Shown here piece after piece: positions 10,994 through 23,050 of a stretch of DNA of 63,764 nt. Made by a program: the position numbers and the translations under genes. Within the stretch, counting starts at the first letter, position 1. Every line of letters starts with the position of its first letter. Source of the DNA: Octopus bimaculoides (taxonomy: Eukaryota). The notes below the pieces were generated by a model. It was not told the DNA's origin, searched no databases, and was given only the letters and a program-made list of their open reading frames with translations. The stretch is from NCBI RefSeq assembly GCF_001194135.2, contig NC_068996.1, forward strand, positions 24,263,239-24,327,002, read 5' to 3'.

Positions 10994-11128
10994 GTTTAAC
11001 GTCCGCTTTCCATGCTAGCATGGGTTGGACGATTTGACTGAGAACTGGTGAACCAGATGGCTACACCAGGCTCCAATCTGATTTGGCAGAGTTTCTACAG
11101 CTGGATGCCCTTCCTAACATCAACCACC
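10899..11128 (-). mobile_element. Young RTE 3' end with expanded (GAT)~31 tail
   Basis: (CAT)n at 10899-10993, then cgtttaacgtccgctttccatgctagcatgggttggacg... Confidence 0.9.
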
Positions 11129-11162
11129 CCTAATGTAACTACCATGTCAGCTTTTTCTGCAG

Positions 11163-11255
11163 ATACTTTGATAACAACATGATGCCAAATTTTGTGTTAT
11201 TTTCAAGAGAAGTCCTCTACTAGTTACTTTCGAAGTCTTCTTTGAACTGTCAGAT
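11163..11255 (+). other. Exon-like segment with consensus splice sites but stops in all three frames
   Basis: Acceptor ctttttctgcag, donor AT|gtaagt, 93 nt. Best frame is YFDNNMMPNFVLFSREVLY*LLSKSSLNCQ. Confidence 0.3.
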
Positions 11256-11326
11256 GTAAGTCTACCTCGAAGGAAACAATGTAGTTATTAATAAGAAAAG
11301 TTGAAGTTCATGCAAGATTTCACTGC

Positions 11327-11327
<1 letters not shown>

Positions 11328-11357
<30 letters not shown>

Positions 11358-11500
11358 TTATCATCTGCTTTCCATGCCAGCATGGATTGGATGGCTTGAC
11401 AGGAGCTGCCATGTTTAAGGTTTGCACCAAGCTCTATTGCCTGCTTTGGCATTCTTTTTATGGCTGAATGCCCTTCCCAATGCCAACCACTGACAGCTTG
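11328..11500 (-). mobile_element. Older RTE 3'-end copy
   Basis: (CAT)n plus ctgctttccatgccagcatggattggatgg...gctgaatgcccttcccaatgccaaccac. Confidence 0.75.
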
Positions 11501-11567
11501 TGTTTCCTGTACCTTCAATATTCACTAAATCCAGTGGATTTTGTATCTGTGCATGTGTGTGTGTGTG

Positions 11568-11609
<42 letters not shown>

Positions 11610-11776
11610 TGCATATCTGTGCTTGTGTTCTGCCAGCCATTGATGTGCAAATGTTCAAGAGGAATGGTAAAAACTATATCTGTCACACACACCAACCAAA
11701 GCTCATATACACATACATACACAAATGCATATAGACACTCATACACACATTCACATGCACACTCATGTACGCACGT

Positions 11777-11807
<31 letters not shown>

Positions 11808-12689
11808 TTCAGCAACATTTATACCTTAATACAGAAGTCTGGTGCAGGCTTCTGTTTGGCCGGCTCTTGTGGNNNNNNNNNNNNNNNNNNNNNNNNNNNN
11901 NNNNNNNNNNNNNNNNNNNNNNNNNNNNNNNNNNNNNNNNNNNNNNNNNNNNNNNNNNNNNNNNNNNNNNNNNNNNNNNNNNNNNNNNNNNNNNNNNNNN
12001 NNNNNNNNNNNNNNNNNNNNNNNNNNNNNNNNNNNNNNNNNNNNNNNNNNNNNNNNNNNNNNNNNNNNNNNNNNNNNNNNNNNNNNNNNNNNNNNNNNNN
12101 NNNNNNNNNNNNNNNNNNNNNNNNNNNNNNNNNNNNNNNNNNNNNNNNNNNNNNNNNNNNNNNNNNNNNNNNNNNNNNNNNNNNNNNNNNNNNNNNNNNN
12201 NNNNNNNNNNNNNNNNNNNNNNNNNNNNNNNNNNNNNNNNNNNNNNNNNNNNNNNNNNNNNNNNNNNNNNNNNNNNNNNNNNNNNNNNNNNNNNNNNNNN
12301 NNNNNNNNNNNNNNNNNNNNNNNNNNNNNNNNNNNNNNNNNNNNNNNNNNNNNNNNNNNNNNNNNNNNNNNNNNNNNNNNNNNNNNNNNNNNNNNNNNNN
12401 NNNNNNNNNNNNNNNNNNNNNNNNNNNNNNNNNNNNNNNNNNNNNNNNNNNNNNNNNNNNNNNNNNNNNNNNNNNNNNNNNNNNNNNNNNNNNNNNNNNN
12501 NNNNNNNNNNNNNNNNNGCAGCAGCAGCAGCAGCAGCAGCAGTGGTGGCGGCGGTGTCGGTGGCGGTGGTGGTGGTGGTGGTGGTGGTGGTGGTAGTGAT
12601 TGTGGTGGTGGTGTTGCTATACAGTGGAGCCAGGCATCTGTGGTTTGCAAAAGAGTTAATAATCAGAATAATCATACATAGACAAAAGG

Positions 12690-13183
12690 TATGTATGATT
12701 GTATGTATGTATGTATGTATGCATATGAGTGTGTATGTGTATGTATGTGTGTGTATGTATGCATGTGTGTATGTGTGTGTATATGTATGTATATGTGCTT
12801 ATGTGTATGTATACATGTATGTATGTGTATGTATGTGTATGTATGTATGTATGCATGCATGTATGCATATGTGTGTGTATATGTATGTATGTGCGTGTAT
12901 GTATGCCTGTGTGTATGTGTGTGTATATGCATGTATGTATATGTGCTTATGTGTATGTATGCGTGTATATATGTGTATGTATGTGTATGTGTATACATGT
13001 GTATGTATGTATGANNNNNNNNNNGCATGTGCGCATACACACAGACACACATTCATACATACATATATATGCATACATAAGTATGTACATACATACATAT
13101 ATACATACATACTTACATGCATGTGTAAGTATGTATGTATGTATGTATGCATTATGCATGTATTTATGTATGTATGTACATAT
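12690..13183. repeat. Degenerate (TATG)n/(TG)n microsatellite field
   Basis: Directly visible; source of the YVCM/HTYI pseudo-ORFs. Confidence 0.95.
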
Positions 13184-14486
13184 GTACAGCTGGTAAGGCA
13201 ACATGAACAGATTAAGAAACTGCACTCAATCTCGAAGGTGGCATATAAATACAGATGAGAGCTTAACCTACCTGATTATGATGATGAGGACATACCACCC
13301 ACTAAGGCAGCAAAAAAGTGTAAAACAAAAGCCAAACAGAAAAACTTGAAGGAAATATCAAGACTGTGGAGAGAAAAAACCATCGCGTGGACAATACCCC
13401 AAACAAGCTGGGGAAGCTGATGTAGATATAAGACCCTATTAGTGGCTGTAGTGTGTTGATTTGAAAGCCAAAACAGAAGGATTCATCTTAGCAGCACAAG
13501 ATCATAGTCTCCTCACTGGGAACTATCAAGCTAATATCACACAATGAGGTAGACACTGCAATGACAAACTTGAGAGTATTGACCACATTGTTGCTGGTTG
13601 CTGACTCCTTGCCCCTACAGAATATGAAACCAGGCATGATCAAGTTTGCCAATGCTTGCACCACTATTGTATTCTGCACCCTACGAACTTGCATGAACAC
13701 CATCCAGAGCCAGTCACCACCCAGAACCAGGGAGAGAATGTTACCATCCTATGGGATTATTGAATACATACAGATAGACAAATAAATGCTAACAGACCAG
13801 ATATCGTCATCAAAGACCTAAAACAAAAAACATGCCTGTTAATTGATATGAGAAAGCCTATTGATAGAAACATCTCAGCAAAAGAATTTGAAAAACTGTC
13901 GAAATATAAGGACCCTGAGATTGAGATAGCTAAGACATGGCAATTAAAAACCAAAACCATCCTTGTTGTTGTAGGTGCCCTGGGAATGATCAAGAAAGGT
14001 ACTGACAAATTTTTTGACCAGATCCCTAGGAAACCAACAATCTATGAAACTCAAAAAAATGTGTTGACATCAACTGTCCACGTTCTCAAGAAGTATCTCT
14101 CCATCTAATATATTTTTGCTTCAGGCGGTGAGCTGGCAGAATCGTTAGCACACCAGACGAAATGCTTAGCGACATTTCGTCTGGTGTGCTAACGATTCTG
14201 CCAGCTCAATCTTAGCGACATTTCGTCTGCCGCAATGTTCTGAGTTCAAATTCCATCGAGGTCAACTTTGCCTTTCATCCTTTTGGGGTCGATTAAATAA
14301 GTACCAGTTATGCACTGGGGTAGATCTAATCGAATTAATCCCTTTGTCTGTCCTTATTTGTCCCCTCTATGTTTAGCCCCTTGTGAGCAATAAAGAAATT
14401 AATATATATATATATGCTTTAGGTTTCTGGCTGAGACCTGATCAGAAGATGAAATAAAATGCAATTCAATCAGAAAATGATAATAA

Positions 14487-14519
<33 letters not shown>

Positions 14520-14520
14520 T
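13184..14520 (+). mobile_element. Dong/R4-type LINE, 5'-truncated (zinc knuckle plus RLE plus 3' UTR), ending in (TAA)n; 3' UTR interrupted by an S2 SINE
   Basis: GFILAAQDHSLLTGNYQANI; CRHCNDKLESIDHIVAGC*LLAPTEYETRHDQV (CCHC plus RHD); NRPDIVIKD...LIDMRKPIDRNISAKEFEKLSKYKD (PD..D..K); VVVGALGMIKKG. (TAA)n at 14487-14519. Confidence 0.9.
14124..14400 (+). mobile_element. tRNA-headed SINE, family S2, with a fold-back duplication in the head
   Basis: ggcggtgagctggcagaatcgttagc...ttctgagttcaaattcc...ttgcctttcatcc...aaataagtaccagtt...ctggggt...taaagaaat. Confidence 0.9.
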
Positions 14521-14544
14521 TTTTCTACTGTAGGTACAAGGCCT

Positions 14545-14875
14545 GACATTCAACCCTAGTGCTCAACTGGTACTTATTTTATTGACTGTGAAATGATTAA
14601 AGACAAAGTTGACCTCTATGGACTTTGTGCTCAGAACATAACAGATGAAATGCTACTAAGCATTTTTCTCCAGCATGATTCTGCCAGCTCACTTCCTTAC
14701 CAAGCATCAAACATTGATTTCAAATTTTTGGTATGAGGTCAGCAATTTTGGAGGAGAGGTAAGTTTGACTATATTAACCCCAGTACTGAACTGGTACTCA
14801 TTTTATCAACCCTGAAAGGATGAAAGGCAAAGTCAATCTTGGTGGAATTTGAACTCACAATATAAAGATGGACAA
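14545..14875 (-). mobile_element. Two adjacent diverged S2-like SINE fragments
   Basis: Both carry aactggtact...ttttat..acc..gaaa.gat.aaag.caaagt (reverse complement of the S2 body). Confidence 0.7.
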
Positions 14876-15294
14876 ACATAAAGATGGTAACAATTCTACA
14901 GAGAGCATCAAGTATTGGCAGTAAATTGGTTGGGGCATTTGAGCATCAGATGAAATGACTTTCCTTGAAGCAAAATGAAATAACTAGTTGAGTGCAGGAG
15001 ATTGTCGGAACTGTTAGAGCATTGGATTAGATCCCTTGCAAGCATCTGTTCTCACTCTTTGCATTCTGAGTTCAAATCCCATCTAAGGGACTCAAATCCC
15101 AAAGGACCATAATCAGTAATGGATGGCTACAACGGTTATTTGAATCATGGGTTTAGAATTTCAAAGATGAAATATGAACTGAGAATGCAAAAATTTGCAA
15201 TGGCTACTGCAAGACATCTTGTCTACCAATCCATGATCCTTGGGATTTAATACTTTATGTTATTGATTCCAGAAAACTGAAAAGCAAAGGTCAG

Positions 15295-15430
15295 CATCAT
15301 AATTACCACCACCATCAACATCAGCACCATCATCATCACCACCACTACCATTACCACTACAAACACCACCACCATCACTATCACCACCACCATTACTACT
15401 ACTCCTGTCATCACTAGTTCTATCATTGCT

Positions 15431-15467
<37 letters not shown>

Positions 15468-15625
15468 CCATCATCACCATCATCATTATCATTATAATCA
15501 TCATCATCATCATCGTCACCATCACCACTACCAACACCAACATTGTCACCACCTCCATCACCACCAATTCCATCATCACCGATTCTGTCATCACCAATTC
15601 CATCATCACCAATTCCGTCGTTGTT

Positions 15626-15657
<32 letters not shown>

Positions 15658-15825
15658 TTATCATATAACATTTGGTTTCCATGCTGACATGGGTTGGATA
15701 ATTTGCCAGGTTTTTGACGGGTCAGAGGACTTATCAGTCACCCAACCATACTTCACCTTGGCATGGTTTCTACAGCTGGATTCCACTTCCAAACACCAAC
15801 CATTTTGTACAGTGTGTACAGACGT
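15295..15825 (-). repeat. (CAT/CAC)n field merging into an old RTE 3' end (15632-15825)
   Basis: Trinucleotide tract followed by ttccatgctgacatgggttgg...tttctacagctggat. Confidence 0.8.
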
Positions 15826-16154
15826 CTTCCTTTTCCTTTTTCTTCATTTCACAGCACCAACACTAATGTTGGTGCCATAAAAACTTGCAAGGAGGGAAAA
15901 GTCTAAAGTGACCTCTATAATTGAAGGAGAATAGAAGAGAGAGTCGGTGAAGATCCTAGGTAGAAGGAGGAAGGAATGGTAAGTAAGAGAAGAGGATAAA
16001 GGAATATGGTATGGAACAGGAGAGGTTGAAGGTATTAGTGAAGGTGGAGAAAAAAACGGAGTGGAGTTGTCAGATTCAAAGTTAGAGTGCCAGAAAGACG
16101 ACATGTACTGGATACAGCGCCATGCTATATTCAGTGCTCTAATGACTTTGCCAG

Positions 16155-16534
16155 TGGAGGCGCAATGGCCCAGTGGTTAGGGCAGCGGATTCGCGGTTTC
16201 AATTCCCAGACCGGGCGTTGTGAGTGTTTATTGAGCGAAAACACCTAAAAAGCTCCACGAGGCTCTGGCAGGGGATGGTGGTGAACCCTGCTGTACTCTT
16301 TCATCACAACTTTCTCTCACTCTTACTTCCTGTTTCTGTTGTGCCTGTAATTCAAAGGGTCAGCCTTGTCACACTGTGTCACGCTGAATATCCCCGAGAA
16401 CTACGTTAAGGGTACACGTGTCTGTGGAGTGCTCAGCCACTTGCACGTTAATTTCACGAGCAGGCTGTTCCATTGATTGGATCAACTGGAACCCTCGACG
16501 TTGTAAGCGACGGAGTGCCAATAACAACAACAAC
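16155..16534 (+). mobile_element. tRNA-headed SINE, family C, full length with 14-bp TSD
   Basis: TSD aatgactttgccag at 16141-16154 and 16535-16548; head ggaggcgcaatggcccagtggttagggcagcgga; (CAA)n tail; short deletion in the tRNA-like head relative to the 18085 copy. Confidence 0.95.
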
Positions 16535-17129
16535 AATGACTTTGCCAGCTTGCCACATGTGGTGTATGGTTCTGTATGAGTTATGTACCTTTATGTTCAG
16601 GTTTAGCCTTGTCATCTATCCCTTATGAGGTCAATCAAGAAAAGTACCTGACAAAAGTTGTAGCAATCCAATACTGAACTATCCCATCACTTTGATGAAC
16701 AAGGATCCAGCAAGACACAGCTGTACGATATCTTTAGCTTTGATGTTTTACTACATTGCTTGATATGAGAATTCACACCTTTCCTGGATTTGCAGATCCA
16801 GGAAAGGTGTTGCAGTCATGAACTCTGTCATTTGGGGATAGATTGAACCCAGCCCTAAGCTGAACACACACTCACTCTCTCTCTCTCTCTCTCTCCTTCA
16901 GAGTTTTTGATCTTGGCCACCTCAAAGTCCTGGAAGAGGTGCTACAGCATGGCCACATGAGTGGGGAGGATTGTGGTTGTCTGTTACCATAACTGAACAA
17001 TAATGATGATGATGATGAGGAGGAGGAGGAGCATGATGATGATGATCCAGTTTTAGATTTTGCAACTATATTCTTTGGAATATGATTTCAGTACTCTAAT
17101 TTCTTAATGAGAACTATGTTAACCTTTAG

Positions 17130-17218
17130 GAGACGACGGAGCCATTCTATTGGCTGAGAAGTCAAATGACAAAGAAGATTGTATTAGTTCATTCAACTTT
17201 CTACAAGAATATATATAG
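17130..17218 (+). CDS. Candidate terminal exon of an unidentified gene
   Basis: Acceptor aacctttag; open frame (G)DDGAILLAEKSNDKEDCISSFNFLQEYI*; followed by AT-rich UTR-like sequence with AATAAA near 17450. Confidence 0.3.
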
Positions 17219-17649
17219 TTTTATACATGTAAAGTAATTATTTTTTATAATCTTTTTTTTTTTTTTGAAAAATTGGTGCATGCCCTCTGTAGGGCTTGTG
17301 AAAAGGGTTCTGTCTTCTTGGCACTGAAACTCCAAATAACGCTCCACCTCCAAACAGTTAAATAAGAACTTGAAGGACAAACAAAACTAACCCATCTGAA
17401 AAGGCCTCTAAAAAAAAAATTTTTAATAATTGGTCGGTCCATTTCATGGAATAAATGTGAAGTTGTACATTTAATGGACATTTTTTTAAATAGAAATATT
17501 GCTTAGATTAGAAAAAAAAAAAAGAATTCTTCATCTTTCCATTCTTCTAGTCAGTCAGATGAAATGTCCTTGAACATCATAAAACTGATTAATGGTTAAT
17601 ATTTGATGCAATATGGAAGCAGTTCTTTGAAAACCGTAATAAGCTATAT

Positions 17650-18760
17650 AAGTTGTTGTTGTCGCTGTTGCAGTTGTTTTGCTAAAAGATGGTTTTTGTC
17701 ACTGCTGTGATTGTTTTGCTACTTTTGCTGCTGCTGCTGCCGTTGTTGTTTTTACTGTTGTTGTTGGTATTGTTGTTGCTTGTTGCTTGTTGTTATTCTG
17801 TTGCTTTTGTCATCATTTATTGGTAGACAGGTGGTTGTTGTTGTTGTTGCTACTTATGATGATGATGATGACGATGTTGCTGCTGCTGCTGTTTTTGTGG
17901 TTAATGTGGTTTTTGTTATTGTTATCTTGCTGTTGTTGTTGTTGTTGTTGACACTGTTCTGGTTAATGTGGTTTTTGTTATTGTTATCTTGCTGTTGTTG
18001 CTGTTGTTGTTGACACTGTTCTGGTTAATGTGATTTTTGTTGTTATGAATGTTGTTGTTTTTATTGTTGTTATACCTTGTCATTAGGAGGCGCAATGGCC
18101 TAGTGGTTAGGGCAGCGGACTCGCAGTCATAGGATCACGGTTTCGATTCCCAGACCGGGCGTTGTGAGTGTTTATTGAGCGAAAACACCTAAAGCTCCAC
18201 GAGGCTCCAACAGGGGATGGTGGCGAACCCTGCTGTACTCTTCCACCACAACCTTCTCTCACTCTTACTTCCTGTTTCTGTTGTGCCTGTAATTGAAAGG
18301 GTCAGCCTTGTCACACTGTGTCACGCTGAATATCCCCGAGAACTATGTTAAGGGTACACGTGACTGTGGAGTGCTCAGCCACTTGCACGTTAATTTCACG
18401 AGCAGGCTGTTCCGTTGATCGGGTCAACTGGAACCCTCGACGTCGTAAGCGACGGAGTGCCAACAGCAACATATCTTGTCATTGTTGATGATGAAGATGT
18501 TCTTAATGTTGATAATGACGTCGCTAGGGTTAATGTGGTTTTTGTTACTGCAGTGGTTGTTGTGATTGATGTTGTTGTTGTTGTTGTTGTTGCCAATGTA
18601 GTTTTTATTACTATTGCAGTTACTGTTGCTATTGTTTTGTGATTGTTATTGTTGTTATAGAGTTATCCTTGTTGTTGTGGCTGCTACTGCTGCTGTTATG
18701 TGGTTGTTGTCATTAATGCTGTTGTTATTGTTGTGGTTACTATTTCAGCTGCTGTTGTCC
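17650..18760. repeat. Degenerate (TTG/CTG)n field containing a 62-bp tandem unit (17898-18040)
   Basis: tggttaatgtggtttttg recurs at 17898, 17960 and 18022. Confidence 0.85.
18085..18470 (+). mobile_element. Family C SINE, full length with 13-bp TSD (one mismatch)
   Basis: ataccttgtcatt (18072-18084) and atatcttgtcatt (18471-18483); near-identical body to the 16155 copy; A-box tggcctagtgg and B-box ggtttcgattcc. Confidence 0.95.
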
Positions 18761-18766
18761 GAACAG

Positions 18767-18828
<62 letters not shown>

Positions 18829-18914
18829 AGTGCTGCTCAAACAGGTATGTTACACAAAAATATCTAGAAATCCTTGTCCAAGGAATTCAGTCTTCTGCCA
18901 AAGTATTGGAACAC

Positions 18915-19110
18915 TCCATCCATCCATTCACCCATCCATGCATTCACCCATCCATGCATCCACTCATCCATGCATCCACCCATCCATCCACCCATCAATC
19001 CATCCACTCATCCATATCCACCCATCCATATCCACCCACTCATCCATATCCACCCATCCATTCACATACCCATCCATCCATCTATCCATCAATTCATCCG
19101 TTCATCTGTC
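18915..19110. repeat. Degenerate (CCAT)n microsatellite
   Basis: Directly visible. Confidence 0.9.
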
Positions 19111-19459
19111 CATCTACATTCTCTGCCTACTATTACTGGGAGGGTGATGGGAGTAGTAGTGTTTATGGGGCACCTTCAGCATAGGGTCCCTATCACAAGC
19201 AACCATCATTACACTTTCTTATTCCCAATCACAACAAAACAGCTGTTCCCCACCGGATCAGCTTTGAGCTTCTGGGACATGCATCATTTTCACTCCCACT
19301 CCACACCTCCAAGAACAAGTTACAGCTCAATTACTAATTGTACCAGAATTAGGTGGAGTCCACAATATATTTTTTGAACAGACTTCTCTGTCTTAGGATA
19401 CTAACTATTTATAATTTAAAACCAGTTCCTCAGTTTTAGTGCTGTAGCACCTCCTTTAA

Positions 19460-19900
19460 CCCTTCAGCATTCAGATTACTTTGTGAAAAGTAATGCTTAT
19501 TTATTCACATTGTTTTGAATTAATCTTGTATTACCTCATATCTCTGACATTTCAATGATGTGATTGTTTTAAGAATAACATTGTAGGGTAGGTGTGAAAG
19601 ACTGGATTTGGTTGGTTTGAACATTAAAACAGGTAGAATATTTGAGTTGGACATGGCCACTTTAACCCTTTCATTACCAACCTGGCTGAAACTAGCTCTG
19701 GCTCTGTAGTACAAATGTCTAGTTTTCATAAGTTTTGAATTAAAATCTTCCACCAAACCTTAATCACAATTTATGTTCCTAACACTAGCTGAATGATAAG
19801 TAAGTTATTCTACTAAATTCTTTGTTATATTTAAAGTAATTGAAAGAAATACAGAGCATCTCAAAATAAATACAGTAACAAAAGGGTTAAATGCTAAAGG
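19460..19900. mobile_element. Outer TTAA/piggyBac-type MITE, interrupted by a second MITE
   Basis: TTAA at 19456-59, then cccttcagcatt; right end aatgctaaagg (reverse complement cctttagcatt) with the terminal bases lost. Confidence 0.65.
19666..19886. mobile_element. Inner piggyBac-type MITE with TTAA target-site duplication
   Basis: TTAA at 19662-65 and 19887-90; imperfect 12-bp TIRs ccctttcattac / gtaacaaaaggg. Confidence 0.8.
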
Positions 19901-19929
19901 TGGAGCACCTTGAAGTAGATCAATAGATC

Positions 19930-21010
19930 TGGATCAATGGAATTTTATTTTAGTAAAGAGAGAAATAAAATTGAAGGAAAGTTAATAAGCAAACTAGAAG
20001 AAGTAAACAGATATCATGGCTGATGTGCCAGCAGTGAGAAAGGTTATCAACAATTTCTTCAAGATGAAACATGAAGGCTGCATTGTCAGCTTTAAAGCTT
20101 TTGTGCTAAAACAAGAAGATAATGAATATTGTTTGATGGGAATGAATGGTAGTGGTACAATGAGGCAATGAAGTTACAATTTAGCCATGTACTATGCAAT
20201 TTCAAACAGATGTGTGCATGTCTACCCTATAGAATTTAGCTTGATTGTTTAGGGTGAGTATTAAGTCAGAGATGGTTGTGGACTTTAGTGCTTACCTCCA
20301 CGGCCTATTACCACTCTCAACATAAGACACGAGGAGCTGTGAAAGGCCAATAACAGTTGTTGAAACACAGAAGTTGGTGAGTGACTGCATGAGGAACAAC
20401 TCACTTAATTTGAATGATCTCCTCTATGACCTTTACTGTTATATGTCAGGCTTGTTCAATGACCTGTTGGCAGATGTCTACCACAGCTGACAGCAGAATG
20501 GGGTAATTTCTCAGTTCTATGAGCCAAGTTGTGGTAATAATGCTGAGAAAGGGCACCGACAAGGAAAATGTTAAAGAAAATTTTTAGCCCATGCAGAATT
20601 TAAGAGTTTGGTGGTAAGCAAAATGTTTGGTATCTGTCATAGGGAATAAGTCAAGGAAGCACAAACAAAGGCAATCACTGATAGATTCCTTCAGGGACAA
20701 TCTCCATCTCATGAAATGTATCACAGGAGGAATAGGACATAAACCTGACATCGATGGGGTCCTGATGTGACCACCACTACTTAATAGACATTCTGAAAGT
20801 GGCTAGTTTCAGGCTCAATTTAAGCAAAGGTGAAAAATACCTACATCATCTCCATCATAATTTACTACCTGGCCATTGTGCTTTGCTCCTGTTCCCAGGG
20901 GATAAGAATTTGAGCAACTTCTCTTCTGCTTCCTGTAGATTGTGATATGTTTAACAGATCAGGCTGCCACCTGTGGCCAATGCCATTTGCAAGGAAGCTA
21001 GCAAATGATC
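19930..21010 (+). mobile_element. Decayed Tx1/L1-clade ORF2 (linker plus RT) remnant
   Basis: Frameshifted motifs: ERNKIEGKLISKLEE; LNDLLYDLY..MSGLFNDLLADVYH.*QQNG; MLRKGTDK; AQT; DNLHLMK; HHYLIDILKVA; SGCHLWP..PFARKL (approximately QGCPLSP..EPFLRKL). Confidence 0.75.
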
Positions 21011-21174
21011 GGTTAGTAAGTGTTATTTCCCATCTGCCTCTATCTAGAAATTAAAGGAAATGACTACTATTCCCTTCAAACTTTGCTTTTGTAACCTGGA
21101 CATCACTGTTTTGAAACTGATCTATTTTCTATTACATTTCAGACAAGTTCAGTGCTAAGTTACTGAAGCAGAAA

Positions 21175-21335
21175 TATTATAACAAATATTCTGCACAATA
21201 CCACAGATTTGCTCAACCTAAACCACTTGAGCAGTTCATTTAGTGGCTGACAATATGTACATTTCTGATCATGAGCAGGAGTAGTGCGAGAGCATCATAG
21301 CCATGTGTTGAGAGGGATTCTTTAGGGTTTGAATT
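21175..21335 (+). mobile_element. Unclassified interspersed repeat (family E), 3' portion
   Basis: Shares acaaatattctgc.caatacca with the reverse complement of 26635-26765. Confidence 0.5.
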
Positions 21336-21631
21336 AATGTAGCAAAAACAAAATTTGAAGGAAATATTGGCCGCTTTTCATAGTTTCTAGGTGTAAGCAA
21401 ATAGAAAATATCAGTTGCTACCTGAGGACAAAAGCCATGTAACTCAATGTTATTAAAGATCTTCTAAGCGTCATGACTATCATGTCTTTCTGTATATCTA
21501 AGGCCTATATTTTTCTAGAGTATCCTTGACTTTTTTTTTCCTACTTTTGTTAAAATGATCAGTTGTCTGAGAAATTTTGGCTGTGTTTTTTAGCTAATCA
21601 AATAGCGTGGTCTCCCTCATTTCTGGCATTG

Positions 21632-21670
21632 ATGTTGCTGCTGCTACTACTGCTGCTACTGCTGCTACTA

Positions 21671-21722
<52 letters not shown>

Positions 21723-21740
21723 TGCTGCTGTTGCTATTGA
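21632..21740. repeat. Imperfect (CTG)n/(CAG)n tract
   Basis: Directly visible. Confidence 0.95.
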
Positions 21741-22499
21741 TGTCACTAGTTCTGAATATTCATATAGTAAATAGCATGAAAAAAATAAAAATAAAAACTT
21801 GTGACTAACCTAGACTGGATAATTGCCTGTTTCAAGTTCAGATTGTGTTAATGTCCAGGAAGAGGGATTAGGAAATAGAATTTTTAATGTCAGTGTTTTT
21901 GTTACTAAAGTGGGAACAGCGCAACATTTCTTTCAGTTTATTAGTTAGGCAATAATNNNNNNNNNNNNNNNNNNNNNNNNNNNNNNNNNNNNNNNNNNNN
22001 NNNNNNNNNNNNNNNNNNNNNNNNNNNNNNNNNNNNNNNNNNNNNNNNNNNNNNNNNNNNNNNNNNNNNNNNNNNNNNNNNNNNNNNNNNNNNNNNNNNN
22101 NNNNNNNNNNNNNNNNNNNNNNNNNNNNNNNNNNNNNNNNNNNNNNNNNNNNNNNNNNNNNNNNNNNNNNNNNNNNNNNNNNNNNNNNNNNNNNNNNNNN
22201 NNNNNNNNNNNNNNNNNNNNNNNNNNNNNNNNNNNNNNNNNNNNNNNNNNNNNNNNNNNNNNNNNNNNNNNNNNNNNNNNNNNNNNNNNNNNNNNNNNNN
22301 NNNTATATATATATGTATGTATGTATATATATATTTTCCCTCTCTCCATCTCCCTCTCTTTCTCTCTCTCCATCTCCCTCTCTTTCTCTCTCTCTCTTTC
22401 TCTGAAGAATTCAAAATAATTCATAGTGAAGCTATTTTAGATTGTAACATGTAATTATTACCGTGACCCTGTTAACATCGTATCTGCTAATGTCTCAAG

Positions 22500-22500
22500 A

Positions 22501-22543
<43 letters not shown>

Positions 22544-23050
22544 AATACAATCTTCATACACACCCACACACACATGCACATACACTCACACACACATATA
22601 CCTCCCCTGTACACACATAATGCATACATACACAGGCAAATATAATGAAATGCAGTCATACATAGTCTAACCTACACACACACACACACACATATATGCA
22701 CATGCACAATCACATGCAAAATCATACCATAAAATCACAAACAACACAATCATCACACAAACACATACACAACACATACATGCACCATGCACATCATACA
22801 CACAATTGTACTCATGCAAACCTATAAACATGTATGCTACATACACTCATAAACTCACACACATACAACACACACACACACACACACAGATAGATACACA
22901 TACATGCATGCTTACACCTACAAGTATAACCATGTGTACAGTTGCATGCAAACATCACACACAAAACACACTACACTACACTACACAACACACATACACT
23001 CACACACACACCTGCACTCACACTCACAAACACACACTTGTACTCACACA
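22500..23050. repeat. Degenerate (CA)n-rich field
   Basis: Directly visible. Confidence 0.9.

Noticed and set aside
15870-16140. Purine-rich segment possibly a CR1-like C-terminus on the minus strand
   Set aside because: Too degenerate to assign.
16155-18160. tRNA genes
   Set aside because: The tRNA-like sequences are SINE heads continuous with SINE bodies and TSDs and do not form complete cloverleafs.
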